Below are positions 26,552 through 39,540 of a DNA stretch of 64,000 nucleotides, piece after piece. The notes under the pieces were generated by a model. That model was given only the letters and a program-made list of their open reading frames with translations. It made no database searches and had not been told where the DNA came from. The position numbers and the translations under genes were made by a program. Position 1 is the stretch's first letter; every line of letters starts with the position of its first letter. The stretch comes from Enoplolaimus lenunculus (Eukaryota). The DNA lies in assembly GCA_030248215.1 (NCBI GenBank), contig JASANG010001649.1, positions 434,001 to 498,000 on the forward strand, given 5' to 3'.

Positions 26552-28002
26552 TTTCCAGTTAGTTTAGTTAATCTGGAAAGTTAGTTTAATATACTGCAAC
26601 ATTAGCTTAAGCTTAAATCGGGCTAGTTTAAGTTTTTAGGGAGTACGAATCCTATTGATTTAACAACTCTTGTAGAGAAACAGATTTAGTTTGCTAACAC
26701 AGTTGAAACTTCTCTAAATTCAGCACTTTTAACAATCAAGACGGAGTATCGTAAAAGATGAAAATATTCAAAGGATCCCAAAAAATTTTTCAACCGGATC
26801 CCACATAGAAATATAGCATAGCTTATAGACCGGTACAAATCAGTTTTAGGGGACAATTTTGCAAGAGCCATAAGGTTCTCCTGGATTTCACATTTTGAAG
26901 TGTAAGAGAACATGAAATGTAGCTGAAAACAAGCTATTAAACTGAATTTGTTCATTTTTCAGCCGTAGAATAATTGACAGGGTTTGAAAACACACGGAGA
27001 CAAAAGCCATTTAGAAACGAACCATACTACTAGTTTTAGGTTATTGACCTGATCAAACAACCAATGAAGTAGCAGTGGGGTTTTCAGCTTCAACGATGAA
27101 TATGAGTACAGACGCGTTAGTTCGATTCGGGACTAAGAAGCCATTTGACACCGATGTATTTGAAAAAATTAATTTCGGTTAATAAAGTTATATATGAAAA
27201 TTAGGGTAGTCGCCAACCCCAAACTACAATCATTGGCTCGCTTTTGAGAAGCCAACATTGGCTTTAGAATTGAAAAATTTTTTGCATAACCCAACTTTAA
27301 AATACTGTTACTTCCTTTCAAGTTTTCTGAAGACATTATTTCAAAACTTATTCGTTAGACATGCAGGTTGGAATTTCACGAGCCACGAACAAATCAAATT
27401 GTATGCTATTTAAGAACTATTGTCTTGAGGTTAAGACAATTATACCTTAATACAGACTCTAAGCATTAAGATTTTGTTTCATAAACAACTAAGAAAACAA
27501 CTAAGACTAATATTTCTGAAATATAAGGCGAATATATATGTCTGAATAATAACTCTCCTTTTGCTGATTTTCCAGTTTCCTAAAATATTTCTTATCGGAA
27601 GCTAAAGATCAACCAATTTGTCTAATTTTACAATAACCTAAGCAATGTCCAAGACGTAAACATAGATGAGGGACACCTGGGCTCAACTCGAAATATTCTT
27701 AGCTATAGTCTTAAGAACATAAACGGGGAACGTGTGCATGCATTAAAATCAGAACATTCTCGAATATAAAGACAACTGCTTGTTGGAAGAAAGAAACTTG
27801 TTTCTGAATTGGCAACAGTAAATTCTTGAATTGAAAACTTTTATGTTTCACCCATTTCAGACACAAATTTCTGTGCTGTTTAAGACTATAATGGCTCAAA
27901 TGCCAGGGAGTTTGGCCAAAAATAAATGAGTTTCAAAATGTGAAGACAATTTTTGCGTGTAAAATCGTTGCATGGCTGTACAAATTAGTATAAGCTAGAG
28001 TA

Positions 28003-28435
28003 CTGTATTGACCCGAATAAGAGGGGTAATAAGAGGGGGGTTCCCTTTTTGAGTCTCGATCAATCGGAGCCCGTATCCCAGGTCCGTTAGCGGATAGAGT
28101 CCTTAAACCTTAATTAGAGTCCATAATTGTCAATTATCTCTAATTGTAGCGTACAAATGACTCCAGGTCCAAATAATTTGACTTCGAAACTTTAAAGCGT
28201 ACTTAAGTTTTGAAAGTACAATCCAACGTATAACCTTGCATTATCGCTCAAGCTATTGACACAACACAAACAAACGTTTAATTCAACGGATAGTTGCAGT
28301 ACCTATATATCAGTAACGAAGGGTGGCGGAGCGTGGGTTAAAAATAAATAACAGCCCGTAACCGAATAACAAGGGGGGTACCCTCTGGAGAGGCCAAATA
28401 AATATCAGTCCCCCCTCTTATTCGGGTCAATACAG
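28003..28435 (+). mobile_element. Tc1/mariner-superfamily (pogo/Tc2-like) MITE, copy 1
   Basis: TIR CTGTATTGACCCGAATAAGAGGGG / CCCCTCTTATTCGGGTCAATACAG, with TA on both sides. Confidence 0.9.
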
Positions 28436-29828
28436 TAGGTTTATTGGAAAGTTTGTTTTGGTGATTTGTTTTGACTATATTGTTAGGTTTTCGTTGCTGC
28501 TAATAAAGGCGTTGTTTTTGTTTCGAGATGTGACGTCTTATATCTGCCTTGTTAGTTAGGCTTGTTGTATATAAACATCGACACAGGCACCACCTTGTAA
28601 TTGGTCATCGCTTGTCAATTTGCTGGCAAGCTAAGACAAAACAGTCACATACAACAGTAACAAAAACGAAGCGCTCCTATCAAACTAAAATTCGCGTATT
28701 CTACATTATTACCTGAAATATAATTGTTTTTGTCAGAATCGTGTTTAAGACACGTGTCTCATAACAAATGGAACATCATTTTGTAAGTTGTTCGATATGT
28801 TTGTTTCTTGAAAATATTTTCAGCCCGCTGTGGTCCAATTTATTAAACTTATAGATGTTGTTTAAGAACAATGAACGAAATTATAAAGGACAAAATTACA
28901 TAGCTACACGTGTTTCGTTCATAAAGTTTAAAAGTTTTATCCCTGTGTTTGCGTACGTGCTGATCTATGAAATATAAATTCAGAATAAAGTCGTAGGCGT
29001 CAGTCTTGAGAGGCTTAGCTTTAAATTTAGACCTTTGTTTACAATTTGTGTTGGTTATTTTTTGACTCGTGCTTAAGATCTATATTCAGCGAGCTTCGTG
29101 CATTTCACGAGTCGCTGTGTTTGAGTAGTTACAGAGTTGTAGGTCTGGCACTGCAAAAACGTTAAACGGTAATGTAAAAGCTGAGTTGCTCGAAAATATT
29201 GTTTTGTAGTTTAAACTTAATGCGAAATTGAACCTTAGGTAAATAGTTATAACCAAGAGTGGATGCTGACAATCTTGCACAAGGGTGTGCAATTAAGAAT
29301 TGAATCAGAGCGATCTAAAAATTCGAAACAATATTTTACAACCTACCCCTCCCCCCCCTAAATAAGGAGATTTACCAAAAAAGTGACGTGAGCTCGGTAC
29401 AGCCTTTGTACATGGAATGTAACTAGTTGCACACTTTTGTGTAAATCATGCATTCTTGGTATAAGTAAATTTTGCATATAATACGGATACGAAAAAACAT
29501 CTGACTTGTATCTTTCATGAATAAAAATTAATTCAACGACGCAAGTATGCCGTAATCTTTCCCAAGATCACGCCTAAGTGGAAACATTAATCGAATGCTC
29601 ATGAAAAAATATCTGACTGTATATAAACCTTGAAACTCATCCTCTTATACTAGTAAAGGTTGTTGTGGAGTCCTGTAAAATTCTAAACATCCACGAGTAA
29701 TTGATCTGTTCTCGGTTAATTCTGTTGTAGTATGATCGAAAATTAACAGTTTTAAAGGTTTCAAATCCCCTTTTTACAGCAACATATTTCATGAACTAAA
29801 AATAAAAAATATCAAGTGTCTTTTTTAA

Positions 29829-30116
29829 AGCCCCATTCACACGTGCAAGTTCTTTAGCGAGAACTCACAGCTGCAACTTTTACGAAATACCTGCAGCTGC
29901 CAGTATTTTCAAAGGAACATTCCGATTGACCAATCAACTGCAGGTGCACAAAATTTAAGCGACTTGCACCTGCGTTCACAGGTGCGAATTAAATTCAATA
30001 GCACGAATTCCAGTTTGCATCTGGAAGAACTTCAAAACTGTTTTGTGACCAAACTTGCACATCTAAGTTACACGTGAAATTATTTGCTACAAAAATTTTC
30101 ACGTGTGAATAGGACT
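29829..30116. mobile_element. PIF/Harbinger-like MITE
   Basis: TIR AGCCCCATTCACACGTG / CACGTGTGAATAGGACT. TAA on the left, TAT on the right (degenerate 3-bp TSD). Confidence 0.6.
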
Positions 30117-31042
30117 TATACTTGTCAGGTTTATTAATTTAAAATGACACAGGTAAAAGTTCAAAGGCTGTCCAAAAGAAGTTTTAAATTTAGGCATGTT
30201 TTTATAGAACAAAGTACCTCGAGGACCGCTACGGCGTGGAAACGAGAGATGCACCACAACCCTGCATGCGCGTATGTAACTTGGCCCATGTATTTGAAGA
30301 AGTTTATGATAAAATTTTTCTGACTCTTCTATATATTTCCTTTAATACTATCCTAGCATCATTATTCCTGGTTCCTGGCTTGAGAGACACTGAATAATTT
30401 AAACCAGGTAAAAAATACATCAAAGATACCTTTAAATTTCACGCAAATTTGCTGCATGCAAACGTATATTTAATTCATACAAAACAAACAGGCCGATGAT
30501 CTTAATAAGCTGACGGCGGCTAACAAAGCTTAATTAGTTCAACGAATTTCTTGAAGGCATCAGTCGAATCGTTACTTACTTACGGCGATTTTTTCGTGAA
30601 CTGAATATAGAAAAATGTGATAGTTTTATATTCGGATGCTAAAGGTGAGTACTGATTTCTTCTTTCCACTTCAACGAGAACGTTTTAACCGTAAATACGA
30701 TCAGTTCACACACAAACACTGCGTTTTAGCTTAGGAAAACGTAGCTATGTAAAATTACTTATTTAACCATCATTTGTGCTGCTGAACTTATATCGTAACT
30801 GGCCTACCTTTCGACGCACGTAGGTAGCCAGACGGTTGAGGGTTGACTTGAAATGACAAACTAATTTCTGGTAGGTTTCCAACCGTCAGACAAACAGCGT
30901 TACCTGCCAGTGTCAAACTCTGCTTCTTACAAAACACAGATCGCACGCTAAATCATTTGACCAATTTGACAGCTCGACGGTGGTTCTCTACAAAGCCTGC
31001 CACCAACTGATAATAGGTGCTGGATGCATATAAGAATAAGTA

Positions 31043-31254
31043 CACACAGAAAATTCCACTGAATTGATTTAACTTAGAATTAGTTCAACCACTGAGTCTG
31101 AATTAGGTCTTTCAGAACACAAAATGCTGAACTGATGGAGCTGATTTTGAGTTAATTAACCAATTCGCCTGAAATTGAATCAGGTCCGAGTGAGTTACTG
31201 TTTACTGTTGTTAACTCAGAAATAACCAGAACTGACTAATTCGTTCTCACGTGT
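31043..31254. mobile_element. Degenerate TA-flanked MITE with repeated AACTGA/TCAGTT-like internal motifs
   Basis: Ends are TA-CACACAGAAAA ... TTCTCACGTG-TA, and the interior carries recurring ACTGA/TGAGTT motifs. Confidence 0.4.
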
Positions 31255-31904
31255 AGCTTAGGAATTATCACGCCTAAAAGTGTAACTTTTGGTTAGGCAA
31301 AAATTTCAAACGTATCACAAATTCGAGTCAACGTGAATCATACGTTATTAATTGAACGTATACGATGTTACTGTTTAAACTTTGATTGGAATTGTTTTGC
31401 CATACTACGATTAATACATAATACTCAATGAACGGACTCACTAGGCACTTAACGTTACCATATGGTGTAGTAAGCATAGTGCATAAAAAAACTAGAAGCA
31501 GATGAGCGAGCGGAATAGTTTCATTACTATCTACTCTATGTAAAATTCGACGCTTTAGACGAGATTGTATTATATAATACAACGTGTAACTACCCCACAC
31601 TTTGCCAAAAGACTTAGTATTTTAATTGATTGATTATATTAACTAGGCTGTGGACAGGTTTCAGTGCAAAAAGCTAAAGCGTATTTTATGTAGAACAAAA
31701 ATTACATAGCTAACCAATGAAGAAGCATTTGAATTCACGCTAGAATCGAAATTTCCAAGAATTTAAAGCGAGGTCCATGTGATAATCGAAGTGCAGCAAA
31801 ATGGTGCGTTTTCAGCTTGCCCTGTCTTATATATAAGAGCTTGGTGTTAAATTTGATACATGAGAGAAGTAGAAACAACGGAATAGGGTTAGCTTAAATA
31901 GCGG

Positions 31905-32419
31905 TGTCTTTTCGGTGTCGTACGGCCGGCGTTTGCCCTAAAACAGTTAGATGTTGAAAATGTTTACATATTTGAGTCGCACTACGACCTTCATGATCAC
32001 TCCACGTTGGATTTGAATTTTGGCAAAATTCAAGTTTTTAAAATTCTAACCCCCTTGGATCACAAATTTTTTTGACAATAACTTAAATAAGTTATGTACC
32101 ATTGGACGCTCGCAAATCATTATTTTACAAACTAACGCATTAACCAGACGTTTGATTGCATTAACTTTATAACACGGTTAAACTCAGTTTCAAAAGTTGT
32201 GTCGAATCGTTTATAATTTGTCAACTTTTATGCAAAAAATTTTAGGGGTTCAACAGGGTAGGCACCTACAGGCGGACCTTAACAATTGAACTTTTCAAAA
32301 ATTCAACTTTGAACGTGGAATGATCAAGGGAGGTCATGAGAAGCTGAAATATGCAAGTTTCCATAATCTAGCCATTTCTGGGCAAACGCCAGCTAATGCG
32401 TGGATAACCAAAAAGACCC
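31905..32419. mobile_element. Full-length copy of the long-TIR palindromic MITE family
   Basis: The left end GTCTTTTCGG..GCCGGCGTTTGCCC is inverted relative to the right end GGGCAAACGCCAGC..CCAAAAAGACCC. Confidence 0.7.
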
Positions 32420-33160
32420 AAATAGTGTACACCGTTTAGTTGGGAGGCATTTCTTTTCCTTTTCTCACAACTTAAATGGATGTTAACGCTTGCTACAAGT
32501 ACATGCAGCCGTGGTTGAGTAAAAACGTAAGCGCAAACAGTTCACACCTTTAAGGTACTAACTTAGGTCATTACTAGCCTGCCACAACCACAAACATACA
32601 GCTATCAGCTGCACTACCGTGTGAGGCAAAAAGTTGTTTCCACGTCTGATGAAAGATTTTTGAGGAACAATCAGCAAAATGAATATTCGAAATGTTTTTC
32701 AATTTTATAACTTTTGTCCAACGTCAAACGGCAACACATTGAATTGACTCATGTAAAGAGCTTGCATTAGTTAGATTAATCTTTAAACCAAACTATTTAG
32801 TTGGTTTGATCATAAAGATAAATCCAAAGTAATAGCTTAAGTATCAAATACTTTTACATATAAAGCATTGATTACGTTTATGAATAGTGTTACAGTTGAG
32901 AGTAGTTGAGCAAACTCAGCACGAAGAAAATAAAATTCTAACTTAAACCACTGTCAATTCAAACGGGACCATCCAAGCAATGTCCCCAGACAGGGATCAA
33001 TAACCGAGAATGTTCCATTATGATTTAACGCTAAAATTGAATTTGGCTTCTCGCTCGCGAGCCGTTTTTAACTGACGTCTTTAAACGCTCACCAATGCAT
33101 TGCAGCAAGCAGGTGCTACGAATATATGAAAGAAATGTCATTGTCGGCCAATGTAAAGAA

Positions 33161-33331
33161 CAGGGGCGAAACAGTATTATAAGCATATTCCTAAGCCAAA
33201 GCCAAAGCCTAAGCGTAAGAATGAGCATATTACTAATCCTAAACCTAAGCCTATGCCTAAGCCAAGCGAAAAAATAGTCTAAACCTTAAGCTTACTTTAC
33301 TCTAGTCTTACAGAAAAACGTTTCGCCTCTG
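33161..33331 (-). mobile_element. hAT-like MITE containing degenerate (TTAGGC)n
   Basis: TIR CAGGGGCGAAAC / GTTTCGCCTCTG with internal CCTAAG-type repeats. Homologous to 39440-39570, 48501-48655 and 11191-11385. Confidence 0.6.
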
Positions 33332-36300
33332 ATGTTTGCATGGGTCGAATTGTCAAACATAATAATCATTTCTTGAAGCGAAAAAATAGGTTCGCCTTTT
33401 TTCTATAAAACAATCAGAAAATTTTCTGGATAGAAATACTTAGTTTATTTTCGTTGGGTGGGGTTAACGTTCAGCTAAAGTATTTTTTCTAAAGCGAAGA
33501 ATAATTTTTATCTATGAGCATAAATTGACAACGGCGGCAACAATATCTGTTATCACACCCGACCAATTCACGAAGTGTTTTTCGGTACATCACCACAGGC
33601 TAATATTTACACAAATATTTACATAGCGCCGTTTGATTGTAGCTAAATATCCAACCTCTAGCAATTTGTACTGCGACATCCACTGCTATATCTAAGCAAC
33701 AACGGATTTTTTTAATGTTTAAATTGTACCGTGATTGAAAAGCGGATATCGTGTATTTTAATGACATATATACACAGAAATCCTGGAGTTAAGTGTAAAT
33801 TAAATCTTAAAGCCTCAGGCACCTAATTTCAAAAGTTACGAATAAATTAAATACATCCTGCATAAAACTTCAGTACCGTGATAAAAAAGTTAGATTCGTG
33901 GGCAGTGCCGTAGCAGGTAGGGAGCCCTTTGTGCGCATGCCGTTGATATACGGGTCAACTTTTCAAACAGATCCGAGGCGGCCATAATAAAATGTTTCAA
34001 AGGTATATTACATCCCGGTCTGCGAAAAAGTATTTAGTTGCTAACATAGGGGACCTTAAGAGTCGGCTGCCAGAATTGGAAGGTTTGATGACGCTTCCGC
34101 GAACACTCTTTGTGTGTACTGTAGTGGTAAGTCAGGTGCAATTTTTCGATCGAAAAGGTGTGATTCACAGTCTAAGCCCAACTATGACAACCTGCTACTG
34201 AACGCTTAAGCATTGAACGAGTCATACGATATTTCCTGAAATCAACTCGAATTCGAACGCATACTTGTGAACTAGACAACGTTTCACTTTGGATTAGCTT
34301 AATTCGAAATTCAACTGATCTACGGGTTGGGCTGCGACATAGAAATATATGAAAAAGTTATTCTTTAGCTGGTATATATGATGGGAGCAATCCCGATTTG
34401 AAATTGTTTGTGTAACAAAATTTGAGGAAGTTTTATATCTACGACATTTCGTCACCCGACAATTGTTCACCTAACAGTGATGTAACCCTAAGTCAACAGA
34501 GGCCGCTTGTGCCAAATCTTGAGAATGCCCAGCATATTTCATTGTCCAAAGAATTGAAATAACCAGATTTCCAATAACTGAAGTCATTCGAAGTTCATCG
34601 AATACTGCGCATCGAATACTACTGCACCAACGATAGCTGGTTATGTTTTTAATTACATAGCTACAAACTTATATTATACGCTTTTCACAAAGCAGAAACG
34701 TTTACTTGTGAGAAATAGGGGAATATATCCATCCTCAAAATTTTAGAGACATTAAAAGATAAAGAAAATCGGTTTTACACGCTTTAAAATTGCCTGCATC
34801 ATCTTGAAGTCTCCACAGCATCGTAGCCATCTCACCCTGCTTGGGGGCTAAAAATTTTCCACAAATGGCATGTGAGGGTTTTGGATGGTTTACAACCAAG
34901 GTTGAAAGTTTTCAAAGGGAGCCAAAATTTTTCCCTCTGGGCTGAGCTTCCCCTGACCCCCGTATGGCTGCGTGCCTGAGTCTTCAACATTATCCCAAAC
35001 CAAAATTCAAGCTGTTGATGATAAGACAAATCTCAAACTGTGTATAAAACACCTTCAGAGTTTCGAGCTACAAAACAAAAGCGACAAAATAAATGAATAT
35101 TCATGGTCGCAGAGATACCATGAATACAGTAGGTTCTGCCGTTTAATAAATAATGAGCGAAAAGCATAGTTACTTTTTGCTTTCACAACGCTGTTACCGT
35201 GGCAGCTGCAAACTCAAAACGTTGTGATTTTGCACATTGCCTTTGCTTGGATAGTAAAAAACAATGCGCACGAAGATTTCTGAAGAAAAAATTGATGTAC
35301 AGTACGAAAATATTCAAGGGAATGGGTAGAAGGGATTTGAATTTTCTGGAGAGATAAGACAACGCACTTGTAACAGTTTTCGGAATGACCTTTTAAATCA
35401 GGGTCCTAGCCAGCTCACCTTACTACGGGATGGCTAAACATTAATAAGGAAGGGAATCAAGGGTTTTAGATGACTTAAACGTAAGGTTGAAAATTTTTTT
35501 CATCCAGAGGGGGTCAGAGCACCCCTGACCCCCCCAGCTACGTGCCGTATTCAGATTCTAGTGGCAGGCCAAACCATTTTTAACACACGAGGTAATACTT
35601 TCCTAAAGTCAAATCCAGGCTCTGCCGCTGTTGTATAGGTAAGTATTCAACGAACAATGATGGAGCTGTAGCGCTCCACAAAAAATTCCACCAATTCAGT
35701 ATAACTTGGGTAATGATAAATCATCGCCTCAATGCCTTAAACAAAAATGAGCATTCTTTTCGAATTTTAAATATGTGTTTGTATATTTAAGCATCTGTAA
35801 CCGCCGTTGAATATATTACACGTACAAATTTAAATTTTCGAAAGATTCAATTTTTTAGCTTTTAAAGTTAATAATATTGGGACGAATAAATTTATTTTGT
35901 CAAAATGTCTAAAAATTCAGACTATTCAAGCAGTTTGTAAAGCTGAACCGAATGGTGTTCATTTTATCGCTATCTGTTCTGAACACTATAAGCTGTTTCG
36001 ATCGACGCAGGTAAACACTTCACATTCCAATCCAAACTCCTGGGTGCTATTTCGAGTCTTCAAAAATGCTGTTCAGTTGAAATTGTGTAATTTCATACGG
36101 GAAAGGGTTAATAAACATTAACAGCGCGATTTGTTGTAGATATGTATTAAAGAAATCACTCAGATAACCCGCATAAACTATATTAAGTCCTGAATAACGG
36201 ACATAATTATAAACAAATGCTGCAAAGCATGGCAGTTTTATCCAAAATAAAAAGTATAAAAAGAAGCGTGTTAGGTCCAACTAACATGAGGTAAACTCAA

Positions 36301-37075
36301 CGTAAACAATCGTCCATAATCGGCGTAATCTAATAACAGGGGTACCCGTCTGGAGTGACAAAATAAATATTAGTCCGTCCTCTTATTTGGGTCAGTACAG
36401 ACGGGTGATATGCATCGTAGTTTGTGTGAGTACGCCCTAAATGATTTGACGCTATAGGTGCCAAGAACGTACACAAGTGGACGGATAAGGGAGCATATCT
36501 CCTACCAAAAATTTGGAAGACAAGAAAAAGTGCTTTTAGCATATTTTAGAATAACCTTCTGGATCCTGGTAGCGTCATAAAATGGTTCAATTTGAAAATG
36601 TCACAGGTTGGCGCAACTGTCCTGAACATTCACGACGTGCAGCAACCGACCTAGACTACATGTTGAGAGCCACTAAAAATCAAGTAATTGACACAGCAAC
36701 CTCATATACGACTACAAACATGTGATCAGCTCCCAGAGCGAATCTGAAAATCCGCAATGCATATGATGCTAATTCTAAATTAACAGAGTTCTGAAAAATG
36801 TTCTAGGTATAAAATCTTATTGGATTCGCTGGTTCGACAGTTTTACAATCAACAACAGACACTACTAGATGCTACGTACAGCCGAAAAGATGTCACATAC
36901 CAATTCCTTTCTTGAGCGAGTTTCGCTGCGCGGAAAAATTTACTAGCTGATTTGTAGGGTGGCGAAAATCGTCTAGGACAATTTATACGGCAGGAGATTG
37001 TTTCGGTTGAGGAAAACTAACAAGTGGGATTCAAACTTTTTTATATGGGGAACCTGCCATAAATAGACAACTTAC

Positions 37076-37397
37076 TCGATTTCACCATCGCTATCTTCGA
37101 CTTCATTTTCAATGTTATTCACTTTCTCTTCCAGAATTGTTCCCACCGTCTCGTTGTCGCCATTCGTTGATTTACTTGAACCTTGAACCCGGCTATGTTG
37201 ATCGTTTATAGCTTGACAATCTTGTTCGCCAGAATTGCGGTTGGCCGAAATTGACGGAAGAGTCATCGATAGTGTTATGCCATTATCACAAGGCGATCGA
37301 ATTCTCGTATATTTCAGAAGTACAATCGGTTCATCGCTACTGCATCTTACGTTGATGTTGTTTTTCTTGTTGCTGTTAAAATTTTTGTTGTTGCTGC

Positions 37398-37428
<31 letters not shown>

Positions 37429-38367
37429 GCTGCTGCTGCTGTTGTTGTTGTTGTTGTTGTTATTGCTGTTGTTGTTGTTGTTATTGTTGTTGTTGTTATT
37501 GTTGTTGTTCTTGTTCTTGTTGTTGTTGTTGCTAGTGCCGTTTTTGCTCATGCTGGAACTGGCATTATTATTGCTATTGTTGTCCATGTAATCTGCATTA
37601 TTTCTATGCTTATTACTTCTGATATAGCCGCCACGGTTGTTGTTGCCTGTCTCCGGTTTTCCGGCGCTCATAGACGATCGGCAAACGGTCAGGCGCTCGT
37701 TGCAATCTTGCGGCACTGCTTCATAGCGTTGTGGTGTCCATTTTCGTGACTTTCTCCTAAACGATGGCGTCCAGACACGTCGAAATTGGCTCTGAGACTT
37801 CCCGCAATTGCTGTTTTTGTTTGAACCACAGATCAAGCTTGATCCACAACGTTGGTTCGGATAATAGTAATCAAGATTTGTTGAACTGGTGGTAGTAAAT
37901 TCAATTGGGGTGCTCGAAAAACGAAATGGCACGGTTCCGGTTCTTGGTAAACAAGCGGAGCCGCTCATGGAGAGTGGTAAACGATTGAAATGTTGCTGTT
38001 GTTGTTGCTGCTGAGCTAGAAGATTGTACTGTTTAGTTGACAGTTGTTTATCGGTTCTATGCCAATAGTTTGGGATCGGTTTTTGATCTTGTGCCGTCTG
38101 TTCATTATATCGTGGTATTACTGAAGGTAAAAACGAAGTTTCAGTATACTGAGTCTTCTTATAAGATGCAGGTACTGGTAGATTTGGCTTGTTACAAACT
38201 TGTTCGGCTGGTGGAACACAGAATTCTGTTCGCGGAATACGATTGTCATTGAAATCTCCATATTCAGATTTTAATATTGGATTTGAACTTGAATGTAGGC
38301 GGTTGTTTGTCTTACTGTGATGGTAACGGGATACATCGCTATAATACTGGTACTTATTATGTATCAT
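37076..38367 (-). CDS. Large Asn/Gln/Ser-rich low-complexity coding exon (probable first coding exon of an unidentified gene)
   Basis: This is the longest ORF in the window (457 aa track ORF), with the first ATG at 38367 (MIHNKY). It has about 430 open codons in AT-rich DNA, with polyQ and a long polyN tract. The terminal TAA lies inside GA|GTAAGT, a consensus donor at 37075. No recognisable domain. Confidence 0.65.
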
Positions 38368-39194
38368 TTTAAATTGATTTAGCACAAATAAATAAAAAAT
38401 AATGGAATATATAATAGTAATGGTATTTCCAAAATATGCATACACTAGGTGACTTTTGATGGGTAAGTATTAAACGGTTTTTTCAAAAAAGCCGAAGCTT
38501 TAGTGGAAATGTACTGTCAATTTACCGGAAACAGTTCATTTGAGTATTCCAAACATAAAAACTGTTATGTTCTTTAGATTCTTGTGTTATGCACGGCCCA
38601 AATAAAGCAGCGAGTTTAAACGCAACGCGTAGCCGTGATAGAAATTTTGCTGACCGTAATACGTTTCAGATGAATTAATTGTAAACATGATTTTGGACGC
38701 CACTGTTCCTTAATATTTTCCCACTTAACATCAAACGAATGTTCTGGTTTTGTTGCATTATAGAATACAGTTTTTGTTCAAAAATCATCACCTCTGCTAG
38801 TTTACTGCAAAATCTGGGAATAATAAATTTTATTGATGTACTTCTATCAGGTACGACCAAGAGGTGATGATATACCATTTACACATGAGTATGCGATTGA
38901 ATACATTATTTTGGACACCACTGTTCCTTAATATTTTCCCAGATGACATCAAACGAATGTGCTGGTCTCGTTATTATCCCTTTAATAGGAATATGAAACA
39001 TATACCATGTTGCTCAAGTGCTGAGCAATTTTTTCCCAGCTTTAACCGCTTTACCTTGCTGTTCACTAATCCATCGATCTAAAATTCTAAACTATGAAAA
39101 ATGAAAATACTGATTAAACCAAATATTGAGTTTAAATAAATCGTTTGGTTGAAAGAAACTTTTATCCTTACAACAAGAGCCTAACCAAAGTATT

Positions 39195-39440
39195 TGTATG
39201 AAAACAAACATTTGGGTGAAACAAACCATGGGGTGGGCGTGACACTGTCCGTTGGGATGTAGCCAACCGTTGGAATGAATTCAACCGTTGGGGTGAAACC
39301 AACCGCTGGGGTGAAACCAACCATTGGTGTGAAACCAACCGTGTGGTTGAAACCATTCGGTGGGGTGAAACCAACCGTTAGGGGGAATCCAAACGTTGGG
39401 GTGAAACCAACAGTTGGAGGGGTGAAACTAACAGTTAGGG
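39195..39440. repeat. Minisatellite, ~18-bp unit GGGGTGAAACCAACCGTT, about 12 degenerate copies
   Basis: Read directly; best conserved at 39283-39437. Confidence 0.85.
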
Positions 39441-39459
39441 TACATTTCTTTGCTTGGGC

Positions 39460-39540
39460 TTAGGCTTAGGCTTAGGCTTAGGCTTAGGCTTAGGCTTAGG
39501 AACTCATTTTTGCAACGCTTAGGCTTAGGCTTAAGCTAAG
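39460..39540 (+). repeat. Interstitial nematode-type telomeric repeat (TTAGGC)n
   Basis: Six perfect TTAGGC units plus TTAGG at 39460-39500, then 2-3 more units at 39519-39536. Confidence 0.9.

Noticed and set aside
524..36542. Numerous 60-136 aa ORFs in the ORF track
   Set aside because: None shows a recognisable domain, many start at TTG/GTG or lie within repeats, and such ORFs are expected by chance.
37235..37591. Poly-Leu membrane protein ORF on +
   Set aside because: It is the antisense shadow of the (AAC)n poly-Asn tract.
39460..39540. True chromosome end or programmed-elimination telomere addition site
   Set aside because: The tract is short, and its flanks align with other dispersed copies of a repeat family. 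The sequence alone gives no evidence of a break.
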